Shown here: piece after piece, positions 1-12,170 of the stretch
Numbering within the stretch: the stretch's first letter is position 1
Layout of the letters: each line of letters begins with the position of its first letter
DNA from: Azolla caroliniana
Taxonomy: Eukaryota; Plantae; Polypodiophyta
Length of the DNA stretch: 64,000 bases
Assembly: GCA_043228905.1 (NCBI GenBank)
Contig: JBHGNT010000002.1
Location: 18,786,001-18,850,000 of the forward strand
Reading direction: 5' to 3'
Position numbers and translations under genes: made by a program
Notes under the pieces: model-generated
The model's database searches: none
What the model saw: only the letters and a program-made list of their open reading frames with translations
Told to the model about the DNA's origin: nothing

Positions 1-224
1 CGATGTGCACAATCATTTTGTAACTCTTTTATCAAATAATTATAAATCTCTTTTATTGCTTCAAATATCATTCTATATCCTATCTTGTCATATCTTGTTG
101 ATCACTATTTATCTATCTCTACTCTTTCGTCTCTTCCGTCCATAATCCCAGTGATTCCTTCCTCACTTTCATGATATCTTTTGTCTACGCAACGCTACGC
201 TTCTAGGCGAGCCACGCCACGACA
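1..224 (+). mobile_element. 3' end of an LTR (element X; continues upstream of the window) inserted into gypsy C
   Basis: Pyrimidine-rich U5-like sequence ending ...GCCACGACA at 224, the same terminus type as the element D LTR (...GGCACGACA). Gypsy pol coding sequence (RKRLAV...) follows directly. Confidence 0.6.
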
Positions 225-843
225 ACGTAAACGGTTGGCGGTGCAAATCCGACACTTTTGTCTAGTGTAGGATACATTGTATCATAAAGGAGCGGACGAC
301 ATATGGCGACGAGCGGTCCGGAGTGATGAAAAAGACACCATTTTACGGGAAGTGCATTGTGGGGTCGCCGGAGGACATTATGCCGGAGAAGCTATGACAA
401 GGAATATATGGCGCAGTGGCTTATGGTGGCCAATGACACTAAAGGACTCGGTCCGATATATGAAGGAATGTGATCTATGTCAAATAATTGGGCCAACCAA
501 CGTGTAAAGAATCGTGTATGATTCTTGTGAAGCGGAAGAGATGTGAGTTATGTGTGTGTATGAGAGAGAGAGAGTGAGAGAGACAAGGAGTAAGACACAG
601 AGAATACGCAAGGTAAAAGTATATTAACAAAGGAGAAAGACTCAACATTATACAAAGAGGGAGGAGGGTGCTTTATATAGTCACCCTCTCTCTTCATTAA
701 CTACACGACTCATGGAGGATGGGGAATGTGAAAGCTCATAAGTTATGTGTCATAGAATATGATTCTATGACTCATACTAAATGCCAGAATACAAAGTGAT
801 GACTTAATGGTGACTCTTGACCGTTGGAGTGTCTATTCACTCT

Positions 844-3800
844 TGTTGAGCGGCAAGCTCAACCGGAGCCGGATTGGCTGAATAAGCCTGAGCCGGTAAG
901 CGAGAGGAATCGGTATGCCGGTGAGCAACCAAGCCGGTAAGCAATAAGGACCGGTAAGCAAGAGGAGCTGATATGCCGGATCCAATTCGTAACCGGAAGC
1001 CTAATATAGGTTAGACTACTAGGCAGTTATAGTCTCGTAGTTAGTGTCAGACGCTCGTGTGAGCATTGAAGTACACCGTACTTCTAACAGTCCCGTGTGG
1101 ACTTGTATAAATAGCGCTGATGAGCACATTGTAGATACAGAGCACAGAGTATTAATATAATCTTGAAAAATAGTGTGTTTTGCTCTCTCACTCTCTGTCT
1201 CTCCCGTGTACGCTCTCTCTCTCTCTCTCTCTCTATGTGTATTGTTCTTTCTAAGGCTTCCGCAAGCAATCCTTTACATGGTATCAAAGCGCGTGGGTTG
1301 AGAACCTCTGCTGCAGACATCTACGCTTGTGAAGGAAACCCTAAAAGATCGGAAAACAGACACAAAAGGAGAAATGGACAGAGGTATGGCTACGTCACTC
1401 CCAGTGGAGAAGCTCGACAGAACCAACTACGCATCTTGGTCATACAAGATGCACCAGTACCTGCTTGGGCATGGCTACTGGAGTTATGTTGACAGAGTGA
1501 ACGACTCAACACTAGAGATGACACACAAGGACTTCCCAGTGTGGGAACATGCGGCAAGCAGGGTGATGTACTGCTTCGCGTCCAGTGTCGGTGACTAGCT
1601 GCTCAGCCATATCCGTGACGCCAAGACACCGAAGGATGCTTGTGGAAACCTGAAAAAGGTTTTCGCCGCAAGCACCACTGGCCGGAAGCTGCAACTCGGT
1701 GGCAGACTACACAGACCGTATCAAAGGGATCTGTGACTCGCTTGCCTCTATTAACGTCACCGTAGAGGAAGACGGGATGGTGCAGGTCTGTCTTGGAGGC
1801 CTGACGTCCAAGTTCGGAGCTTTCCGGACTGCGGTTTGTACAAGGGAGAATACACCCTCATTTTTCGACTTACAGTCGATGCTCCTTGTACAGGAGAACC
1901 ATGCTGGTGCATCTACCAGTGCATCCCTAGACAGCTGGATGCTGTACACGGGAGCGGATCGGTCCCGCGGGCTTGGTGGACGAGGCAGGTCAGCACGCAA
2001 TGGAGGCGGCCGGCAAGAGCAAGAACAAAGGCACAGTGAGCGTGCCGACAGTAGTTCCGGGACTTCCACAAGCAGAGGGAGTCAAGGTGGTGCCGGAGGC
2101 CGGCAAGACAAACCCGCTACGGAATGCTAGTACTGTGGCAAAAAGGGCCACAGGGAAAGCGAGTGCTGGAGAAAGCATGCCGATTCGGACAAATCCAAAT
2201 CCGGCAAGACCGGTAAGGAAGGCCGGCAAAGCTCGCACTACGCAAACGGATCGGGAGGATCCAAGAACGGTAAGGGGCCAGCCTTGGTGATGAAGCACAA
2301 GGCAAACTCAATGAAGAAGACCACTTCCAAATTGGAGGAAGTGTGCTACGTTGACTCCGGCGCATCGAACCACATGACGAGCCACAGGGAGTGGTTCTCC
2401 TTTTTGGAGAAGCCGGATCAACCGGGAGTTGTCGAAACCGGAAACGACACTCCCCACCCGATCGTGCACATCGGAGAAGTCCCTTTGAGCCACGTCAGAC
2501 AAAGGGGCAAGCTAATGAATGTATTACATGTTTCGACGATCACGAAGAACCTGGTGTCGGTCGGATAGATCGTCGACCAGGGGATGCAGGTGCGGTTTAC
2601 ACACCTCGGGTGCTTCATTGAGGATGAGGGCGAAGTTATTGCGCAAGGGCGCAGAGATGGGAGGATGTTTATCCTCAACACCAATGATGTCGGCACCGCA
2701 CTGTTCGCCAAAGGACAGAAGGTCGAGTCGGATATCGACCTGTGGCACAGCGGATCGGCCACGTGAACTACCGGAGGCTTCAAGACCTGCAAACGGAACA
2801 AGTCGTTTTCAGTTTGCCAAAGTTTAGCGGCCGGAGAGCCCAGATTTGTGAAGCCTACCAACTCGGGAAACAACACCGGCTTCCATTCCCCACCGAAAGA
2901 AATCGAAGCCATAACAAGCTCGATCTTATCCATTCGGATGTGTGGGGACTGGCACAAAATGTTAGCATTGGCGGGAGTCGATATTTCGTCTCCTTCATCG
3001 ACGACTACACACGGCATACGTGGATCTACCTCATTGAGCGGAAGAGCAAAGTCTTCGAGTGTTTTCGGAGCCTCTAGAAGATGGTGGAACGGGAATCAGA
3101 GAGGAAGATCAAATGCCTACGGTCGGATGGCAGAAAAGAGTACTTTTCCAGCCAATTCAACAGCTATGTGCAACAAAAAGGAATTCGGCGAGAATTCAGC
3201 TGCAGATACACACCGCAATAGAATGGTGTGGCTGAAAGGAAGAATCAGTCGCTAATTGATGCGGCTAGGGCAATGCTGGAGGAAAAGAGCATGCCCAAGT
3301 TCTACTGGGCGGAGGCGGTCCAAATGGCCGTTTACATCCAGAACCGGATCGGGGACAAGGTGTCAGCTCACGAGCTGTATTTCGGGCGCAAGCCGAATTT
3401 GAGACACCTCCGAATATTCGGCAGCATAGCCGATGTACATGTGCTGGATGAGAAGCGGAGAAATCTGGATGCAAAATCGGAAAAATGCATCCTAGTCAGC
3501 TATGCTCAAGAGCAAAAGGGGTATAAGTGTTATAACCCCCGGACGAAGCAGGTCCGAGTCAGCCGAGATGTCGAGTTTGATGAATCGGCATCGTGGTATT
3601 CCTTACCAACTCCGACTTCCGATCCCGACCCGATGTCGGAGGATGGGGCTAGTGAGCCTGAACCGGCCCAGGTAGAGAAAGATGAAGTCGGGACTCAAGA
3701 TGAGAGTCCAGAATCATTCCGGTTAAGCGGACCGAATGAGAGACTGGATCAGTCCAACCAGTCGGATGATGAGACGGCGAGTAGTGGAGACTCTGTCGTG

Positions 3801-6672
3801 GTCTCCCCGTGCAAGGAACCGAGGAGATGGTTCACACGCAAAGAGAAAGGGAAGCAGAAGATGCCGGAATTCGAGACCAGCAATGATGAGTCGGATCGGT
3901 GCGTATCTGACTTCCACAAGGCCATAGGCAGATCTTCGGGAACGAAGACCGAACCGGCCAAGAAGGGTCTCATACCGGGTAATGGTGAGTTACGCCGGTC
4001 CACCCGCCAGAAGGATCCCGTTAGACGGTACGGGTATAACGAGTACATGGCGCATCTTTATGCGTACATGACCAAGGTCGCAGAAGTGCATGAGCCGGAG
4101 AGCTATGCAGAAGCGGCAAAGGACGCAAATTGGCGTGCCACTATGAAGGAAGAAATGCGGGTACTGGATGCCAACGGAACTTGGGACCTGGTTGACCCTC
4201 CCCGTCACTGTAAACCGAACGGATGCAAGTGGGTGTACAAGGTAAAGTACAATGCTGACGGTACAATTAACCGGTACAAGGCCCGGTTAGTGGCGAAGGG
4301 ATATGCGCAGACCCATGAAATCGACTACGACGAGACCTTCGCCCCTGTAGTGAAGATGACGACGGTTCGTGTGGTACTAGCAGTTGTTGCGGCAAGGGGG
4401 TGGCATCTTCATCAGATGGATGTGAAGAATGCCTTCCTTCAAAGAGATCTTGAAGAAGAAGTCTTTATGACTCAGGCCCCCGGATTTCAGTCGGAGATGA
4501 ACAAGTCGGCGGTATGCCGGCTGAGGATGTCGTTGTACGGCTTGAAGCAAGCCCCCCGTGCTTGGAATGCTAAGATCACGCACCGGTTGCGAAAGATGGG
4601 GTTTGTTGCCTCTATGTCGGACTCTTCCCTGTTCATCCGTCAAGGCTCAAACGGTTTGGAATGCATGCATCTTACTCTATGTTGATGATTTAGTCATCAC
4701 CAGCCCAGGTCTTCCGGAAATCAACCGCGTCAAGTCCTAGTTGTCGGATGCATTCGATATGAAGGACTTGGGGGACCTTCATTATTTTTTGGGGATCGAG
4801 GTGATCCGCACCCTCGACGGCATATTGCTTTCTCAACGCCATTATGTGTTGAATATGTTGTACAAGTTCAGCATGACAGAATGCCGACCTGTCTCCACAC
4901 CTCTGGACCGGAATCAGAAGATTCGTCCCAACTCCGGACCAGCCTGCGATGAGAAACGGTTCCGACAAATAGTCAGAATCTGATCTACTTGACCATCACC
5001 CGACCCGACATTAGCTATCCGGTCGAAGTGGTAAGCCAATTCATCAGAAGCAGATCGTGGAGCACCTTCAGTGCGCGCAACGGATACTGAGGTATGTAAG
5101 CGGCACTAAGGACCGTGGGCTCTTATACCGGCAAGGTATAGCCGAAGAGCTTGTCGGCTACACGGATGCCAACTGGGCTGGCGATGCAACGGATCATCGC
5201 TCAACCTCCGGCTTTATGTTTTCTCTTGGGAGCGCGGCTGTTGCGTGGAGCAGCAAAAAGCAGCCAACAGTGGCTCTATCCAGCACTGAGGCTGAATACC
5301 GGGGCACGACCGTTGCCACCTGCGAAGCCATTTGGCTTCGGCAACTACTACAAGACTTGCGGATCGAGGTACCGACCCTGATCCTGATCTACTGCGATAA
5401 CCTCAGCAACATGCAGCTGGCCAAGAACCCTGTGTTCCATGCTCGCACAAAGCACATAGAAGTGCATTATCACTTCATGCGTGAGCGGGTCCTGAGCGGT
5501 GAAGTTGAACTACGGTATGTTCACACGGATCGGCAAGTTGCCGACATCTTCACCAAGCCGCTCAGGTCGGACAAGTTGCAGCAGTTTACCGAAATGCTTG
5601 GTGTTCAGCATCTCGACGTGCCACACTTGAGGGGTAGACGCCAGGGCAAAGACACTACCGAAACGGGCAAAGGCAAAACTGTTGAACCCGTAGGTAAGAG
5701 AAGAACCGGTAGAGGTGGAGACAAGAAGAAAAATGAAGCCGAGTCGATGAAGGAACTTGGCACATCCGAACAAGTCGGTGAACCGGCTGAAGAAGCCAAG
5801 GGAAGCACGGAGAAGGTCAAGACCCGGACATGGTCCGATGTGGTGAGAGGCCTGAAGCCGAAAATCGAGTTGGAGGATACTGATTCGGACAAGAGGTGGA
5901 ATGAGTCAGAGACAGCCGATTCGGATCAATCGACGGATCCGGATGAGTTGGATCAATGAAAGGCCAAGGAGACACGGACGCAGCGGAAGTCGATGCCATC
6001 GCGGTGGAACAGACGGATCGGCAAGCGCCGGAGTCATAGCAGCGAAGGAGCTGAGATGGGACTATTGAGCAGACATGTCGAAGGTCAAGGCGCGCAGAAC
6101 CAAAGGGGTCGCGGCAAACGGAACTGGACCGGACAAGGAGCGCGAGCAAGGCGAAGCGACGCTAGGAGAAGTCGGTTGGAAGAACCGGCTGCCATAGAGG
6201 TTGACACTACGACCCTACCTCAGGTTGAGCTTGAGGGGAAGTGTTGAGCGGCAAGCTCAACTGGAGTCGGATCGGCTGAATAAGCCTGAGCCGGTAAGCG
6301 AGAGGAATCGGTATGCCGGTGAGCAACCAAGCCGGTAAGCAATAAGGACCGGTAAGCAAGAGGAGCTGATATGCCGGATCCAATCCGTAACCGGAAGCCT
6401 AGTATAGGTTAGACTACTAGGCAGTTATAGTCTCGTAGTTAGTGTCAGATGCTCGTGTGAGCATTGAAGTACACCGTACTTCTAACAATCCTGTGTGGAC
6501 TTGTATAAATAGCGCTGATGAGCGCGTTGTAGATACAAAGCACAGAGTATTAATATAATCTTGAAACATAGTGTGTTTTGCTCTCTCACTCTCTGTCTCT
6601 CCCGCGTACTCTCTCTCTCTCTCTCTCTATGTGTATTCTTCTTTCTAACGCTTCCGCAAGCAATCTTTTACA
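844..6672 (+). mobile_element. Ty1/copia element A, full length and degenerate, nested in the 3' LTR of B; 5' LTR 844-1278, 3' LTR 6242-6672
   Basis: TGTTG...TTACA LTR pair with about 17 substitutions plus a CT-repeat indel. TSD ACTCT at 839-843 and 6673-6677. PBS TGGTATCAAAGC at 1279-1290. PPT at about 6231-6241. Confidence 0.96.
1374..5959 (+). pseudogene. Copia A gag-pol polyprotein, disrupted
   Basis: gag (MDRGMATSLPVEKLDRTNYASWSYKM), CCHC knuckle near 2125-2170, PR (YVDSGASNHM), INT (HSDVWG, FIDDYTR), RT (KARLVAKGY, HQMDVKNAFL) and RH (STEAEY, ADIFTK). Several stops and frameshifts. Confidence 0.92.
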
Positions 6673-7004
6673 ACTCTCAAGGTGAGTTCACACACTAGAC
6701 CAAGTTGAGCTTGATTCTCCACACGCCCCCTCAAGCTCAAGTTGGGTCGGTTTCAGACGGTATCCAAAATCCGCTTCGACTCGCATTCCAGAGTCTGTGT
6801 CGACTCGCGTCGACTCGCTTTTATGTGGAGTTGCGGAATCCATGCTCCAGCTTGCATTGTGCATAGTTGCGAAGTCTGTGCTTCGACTTGCGTCTTTCTT
6901 CGCAGCTTTGCGCGGTAGATCGGCTCTTCACGGCTTCGTTGCGTGGTTGCGTAATCCACACGTTCTTGCGTAGTGTGCGTGGTTTGCGGAATCCACGCGT
7001 TATT

Positions 7005-10000
7005 TCATATGTCTTCAGTACTCCCCCTCAAGCTTGGCAGGTCAGGGATCGTCAATACAAGCTCGGTCATAAATTTCCATAGCTTGTCGGATCCTAAGGC
7101 TTTAGTGAAGATGTCGGCTGTTTGAAGATTGGTGCTAATGTGTTGAAGGTCGACATCGCCCGCTATAACGTGCTCTCGGATGAAGTGATAGTGCACTTCG
7201 ATGTGCTTCGTCCGTGCATGGAACACCGGGTTCCGAGCCAGATAGATACTGCTCATGTTGTCACAATAAAGGGAAGTCGGATCCTTGATGGGTACGGCCA
7301 GATCCTTCAAAATCCTCTTGAGCCATACGACTTCACATGCAGCTACGGCTGCACCCCTGTATTCTGCCTCCTACTCGAAAGCGCAACGGTAGGCTGCTTC
7401 TTGCTACTCCAGGATATTGCTCCGCTGCCAAGGGAGAAAACAAATCCGGAGGTTGATCTTCTATCGGCTTTGTAGCCGGCCCAATCGGTGTCTGTGTACC
7501 CCTCGAGTCGTATTGGCATCATGGTCTTGTAGAGTATGCCGTAATCCATTGTGCCGCTCACGTACCAAAGAACTCACTTAGCGCAATCCAAGTGAGTATC
7601 ACGCAGTGTTTGCATGAATTGAGTAAGGAGACCGACCGGATAACTGAGATCGGGTCGAGTGATCGTGAGGGAGATGAGATTCCCGATGAGTTGCCGATAT
7701 TGAGTCGGCTCACACGCTTTGGTGCCGAAGTTCGCATCTAGTTTGAGATTACGATTGAGCGGGGTTGCCGCGGATTTGCACTTAGCCATCCCAAACTTGT
7801 ATAACAAGTTGAGGATGTAGTGCCATTGAGAGATCATGATTCCGGCCGGAGTCCGAATTACCTCGATGCCGAGGAAGTAGTGTAGCTCCTTCATGTCCGT
7901 CATCTCGAACTTGTCGAAAAGGAGGGATTTGACTTTATTGATTTCGACGAGATGCTGACCTCCAATGACTAGGTCATCCACATATAAGATGATGATGATA
8001 GGACTTGCGGAATCGCTTCGTATGTAGAGGGAGTTGTCTGATTTTGACATACGGAAGCCGATTTGATGAAGATATTGCGTTATCTTCGAATGCCAAGCAC
8101 GCGGTGCTTGCTTGAAGTCGTAGAGTGGCTTCTTGAGTCGGCATACAGCTTTCGGATGGGTGCTCGAGTTCAAGCCGGGTGGTTGTATCATGTACACCTC
8201 CTCTTCTAATTTTCCTTGTAGAAAGGCGTTCTTGACGTCCATTTGATGGAGGTGCCACCCTTTCGCCGCGGCAAGTGCAATTATGGTCCATACCGTCGTC
8301 ATCTTTGCCACCGGGGCAAAGGTCTCCTCATAGTCAACTCCATGCGTTTGGGCGTAGCCTTTTGCTACGAGTTGCGCTTTGTAGCGGTTGACGGAACCGT
8401 CGGCGTTGTACTTCACTTTGTAAATCCATCTACATCCGATCGCCTTTTTGTTTGGTGAGGTGGGAACGAGATCCCATGTCTCGTTCTTGCATAGTGCCTG
8501 CATCTCCTCGTTCATTGCTTCGATCCATCACGGATCCTTCGCAACTTCGGAAAAGGTTTCTGACTCCCGCACTGTTGCTACCTTCATCATAAAGGCGTAA
8601 TGGTACGCCATATAATCGTTGTAGCCGAAACGGCTTACGGGGTTCTTTTCACGAGTGGATCTGCAGAGCTTTTCATTTGCAGAGATGAGGGATTTCTTAG
8701 CTCTGATTGGTACATCGAAGGTGTCGAACTCACTGTCGAGTGAGTGAGTCGATTCATCGTCGTCGAAGCCTTTTTCGCCTTGCCTTTGTCCATCTTCGGG
8801 CTAGGCTGTGATGTGCTTTGATCGCTCAAAGGCTCTTGTGGTCCGCTCAGTCGGGTCGTGATCGGAGCATAGGGCGATCTTCATCCTTGATCTCTTGTTC
8901 GGCACATTTTGGGTCGAGCGGAGTCGGAGGCGAAGTTGTCTCTGGTGCATACCAGGATGCGGACTCGTCAAAAGCGACGTCTCGACTTACTCGAGATTTT
9001 CGAGTTGAGGGGTTGTAGCACTTGTACCCCTTTTGTTTGAGTGAGTATCTATGAGGATACATTTCTCCGACTTCGGGTCAAGCTTTTCATGCTTCTCGTC
9101 GAGGATGTGCACGTACGCTATCACGCCGAATATCCGCATGTGCGATAAGTCCGGCTTCTTTCCGAAGTATTTTTCGTGCGGAGTGACCTCGTGCACACCA
9201 GATGTTGTGCACTGGTTCATTAGGTAGATGGCCGTATTTACAGTTTTGACCCAATATGACTTGGGCATATGCTTCTCGTTCATCATGGCCCGCGCTACTT
9301 CGAGGATGTGCCGTTTTTTGCACTCGGCTACTCCGTTTTGTTGCGGAGTGTGTCGGCAAATGAATTCTCGCCAAATTCCTTCCTTTTGGAGATACACCGT
9401 GAAATCGTCCGAGAAGTATTCCTTGCCGCCATCCGATCGAAGACATCGTATATGTTGGCCCGTGGCTTTCTCGACTTCATTCTTGAATTTTTGGAAGTGT
9501 CCGAACACTTCGCTCTTTTGCCGCATCGGGTAGATCCAAGTGTTCCTAGAGAAGTCGTCGATGAAGAGCACGTAATATCGGCATCCACCGAATGTAGCCG
9601 TCTGTGCTGGTTCCCATACGTCCGAATGGACTACGTTGAGTAGACCTTTGCTCACATTCCGCTCTTTCGGGAATGGGTGTTAGTGTTGCTTGCCGAATTG
9701 GCACACTTCGCATACACCTTCAATCTCCTTTTCTTTGAATGTCGGGAGTCCGATGACGACTCCTTTTGATTTCCTTGCTTTAAGTTTGTTGAGATTGATG
9801 TAGCCAATTCTCTTGTGCCACAACTCTATGTCGGAGTCGGCTTTCATGCCCTTTGCGAACATGGCCGATTTCATCTCGTGTGGGTCGAGAATGAACATTC
9901 GGCCCTCTCTTCGTCCGCGTGCGATGAGTCGGCCCTGTTTTTCGATGAAGCAACCGCCTTGATTAAATCGAACTTGCATCCCTTGCTCTACAATTTGGCG

Positions 10001-11281
10001 GATGGAGACCAAATTCTTCGTAATGGTCGGTACATGCAAGACATTTTTAATGTAATTTTGCTTACCTTCTTTTCCGAATGGAACATTGCCGATGTGCCAA
10101 ATCGGGTGCGTAGTGTCATCTCCGGTTTCGACATAACTGGGTCGCTCTGGCTCTCGAAGTTCAAGAAACCATTCTTTATGAGATATCATATGGTTTGAGG
10201 CTCCAGAGTCAACAAACCATACGTCCTCCGGATTGAGGGCACTAGTTGAGGTAGATGCCGACATAGAGTTTGCTCTATGTTTCATCATGAACATTCCGCC
10301 ACGGTCAGAGTTGTATGCGTACATTCCGCCACGATCCTCATAGTCGGAGTCGTGCCCGTACATTCCGCTATACTCTTCGTAGTCGGAATTGTGTGCGTAA
10401 TTCGTGAGTTGTCGGCTTGTGGAAGCCGATTCACGCATCTTCTTTCGGCACTCTTCTTCGTGGTGGCCGAGCTTTCTGCAATATCCGCATTCGGTTGCAT
10501 TTTGACGGCTCGGGCCGGAGTGGAAGCTCCCCCTTCTTGCGAAGGTTCCTCGTTGGCTTCCGTTTTGTGGCCGAAATTGGGAGTTGTTATCGTAGGTCGG
10601 ACCTCATCCACCTTGTCCTTGGCCGAATCGGCCTCTCGACTGTCCACGTCCTCTTCCTCCGTTCGAGTACATGTAGAGCATGTGGCCTTCCGACTCATTG
10701 CTCCTTGTACGTACGTGGTTTTCATCGACCAATAGCATTGATTGGAGCTCGAAGAAGGAGGGAGATTTCTCTCGTGCTAGAACGGTGAATCGCATCGCAC
10801 CAAACCGTGGTGCGAGGCCGCAGAGGCATATTTGAACCATCTCATCATCATTGATATTTACATTTATTGAGCCGAGCGAGTCACAAAGCTCCTTGATCTT
10901 CGAGGTGTATGTCATGATGGCCATGTCCCTTTGTTGAATGTTGTTCAACTCTTGGCGGAGTTGAAGCTTCCTCGTGGTCATGTTGGCGGCGAAAATCTTT
11001 CGTAGATTTTCCCACGCTTCCTTCGGCGTCTTGGCTTCTCGAATGTAGCTGAGCATGTGATCATGAACACATGTCACCAAGCAATACATCATGCGGCTTG
11101 CAGCTTGCTCCCATGTCGCGTATCCCGAAGCCGCTTCGGCGGGTCGGTCTTCATGCGCTCCTTTGATGTAGCTCCAATAGCCTTGTCCGACAAGGTATTG
11201 GTGTATCTTGTACTCCCAAGATGCGAAGTTGTTTCTATCCAACTTCTCGGTAGGGAGAGCGCTCCCCATTTGAGTATTCAT
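7005..11281 (-). pseudogene. Copia B gag-pol polyprotein, disrupted by stops and frameshifts
   Basis: ORF fragments contain gag (KLDRNNFASWEYK), protease (WFVDSGASNHM), integrase (HSDVW, LRSDGGKEY, TPQQNGVAE), RT (HQMDVKNAFL, LYVDDL) and RNase H (YCDNMS, ARTKHIEVHYHF, ADIFTK). Confidence 0.92.
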
Positions 11282-12108
11282 TATTTCGATTCTTCTTCTT
11301 CTTCTTCTTCTCTCTTCGAATGCGAGCTATGCAGCGAAGCTATGATAGCGATGAGCCAGTTCTTGGTCGTCGGCATGGAGCACAACACAATCACAATGAG
11401 GCGAATGGGCTAGATCGAGCTACCAAATCGCTCTCATACCATGTAAAGAATCGTGTATGATTCTTGTGAAGCGGAAGAGATGTGAGTTATGTGTGTGTAT
11501 GAGAGAGAGAGAGTGAGAGAGACAAGGAGTAAGGCACAGAGAATACGTAAGGTTAAAGTATATTAACAAAGGAGAAAGACTTGACATTATACAAAGAGGG
11601 AGGAAGGTGCTTTATATAGTCACCCTCTCTCTTCATTAACTACACAACTCATGGAGCATGGGGAATGTGAAAGCTCATAAGTTATGTGTCATAGAATATG
11701 ATTCTATAACTCATACTAAATGCTAGAATACAAAGTGGTGACTTAATGGTGACTCTTGACCGTTGGAGTGTCTATTCACTCTCAAGGTGAGTTCACACAC
11801 TAGACCAAGTTGAGCTTGATTCTCAACACAACGGAACAAGCGCGCATGCCGCACCAGTTGGTACTACCTCTAAAGCCATTCCAGAAATGGGTGTTGGACT
11901 TTGTTGGACCATTCAAGCCACCAGCAATGCGAACCGGCAACAGGTACATAATTGTCGCCACAGATTACTGTACAAAATGGGTGGAAGCCAAGGCACTATG
12001 TTGTCGTAGTGTAATTCGCACACTACATGAAATATGTAAAAAATATATCCAATTGTAGTATGCATAAATAAATAAAAGAAAATATTAAAAATATTGTTAC
12101 ATGCATAA

Positions 12109-12170
12109 GGTAGGATTCGAACCCTGTACCTCCATGTTAACCATTTTAAAGCCTTACCATTGTACTAGCA
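12109..12170 (-). promoter_or_regulatory. tRNA-type Pol III A-box/B-box cassette in the D 5' LTR (antisense to the element)
   Basis: Minus strand reads TAGTACAATGG (A box) and GGTTCGAATCC (B box), starting 44 nt apart. T-runs lie downstream. Confidence 0.55.

Larger units (their letters stand above)
503..11828 (-). mobile_element. Ty1/copia element B, full length and degenerate; 5' LTR 11442-11828, 3' LTR 503-843 plus 6678-6723 (interrupted by element A)
   Basis: TG...CA LTR pair differing at about 12 of 387 positions by hand count. 5-bp TSD CAACG at 498-502 and 11829-11833. tRNA-iMet-type PBS (TGGTATGAGAG on minus) at 11431-11441. PPT at about 6724-6734. Domain order gag-PR-INT-RT-RH. Confidence 0.95.

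Noticed and set aside
12109-12170. Functional tRNA gene inside the LTR
   Set aside because: No acceptor or anticodon stem can be formed; kept only as a tRNA-derived A/B-box cassette.
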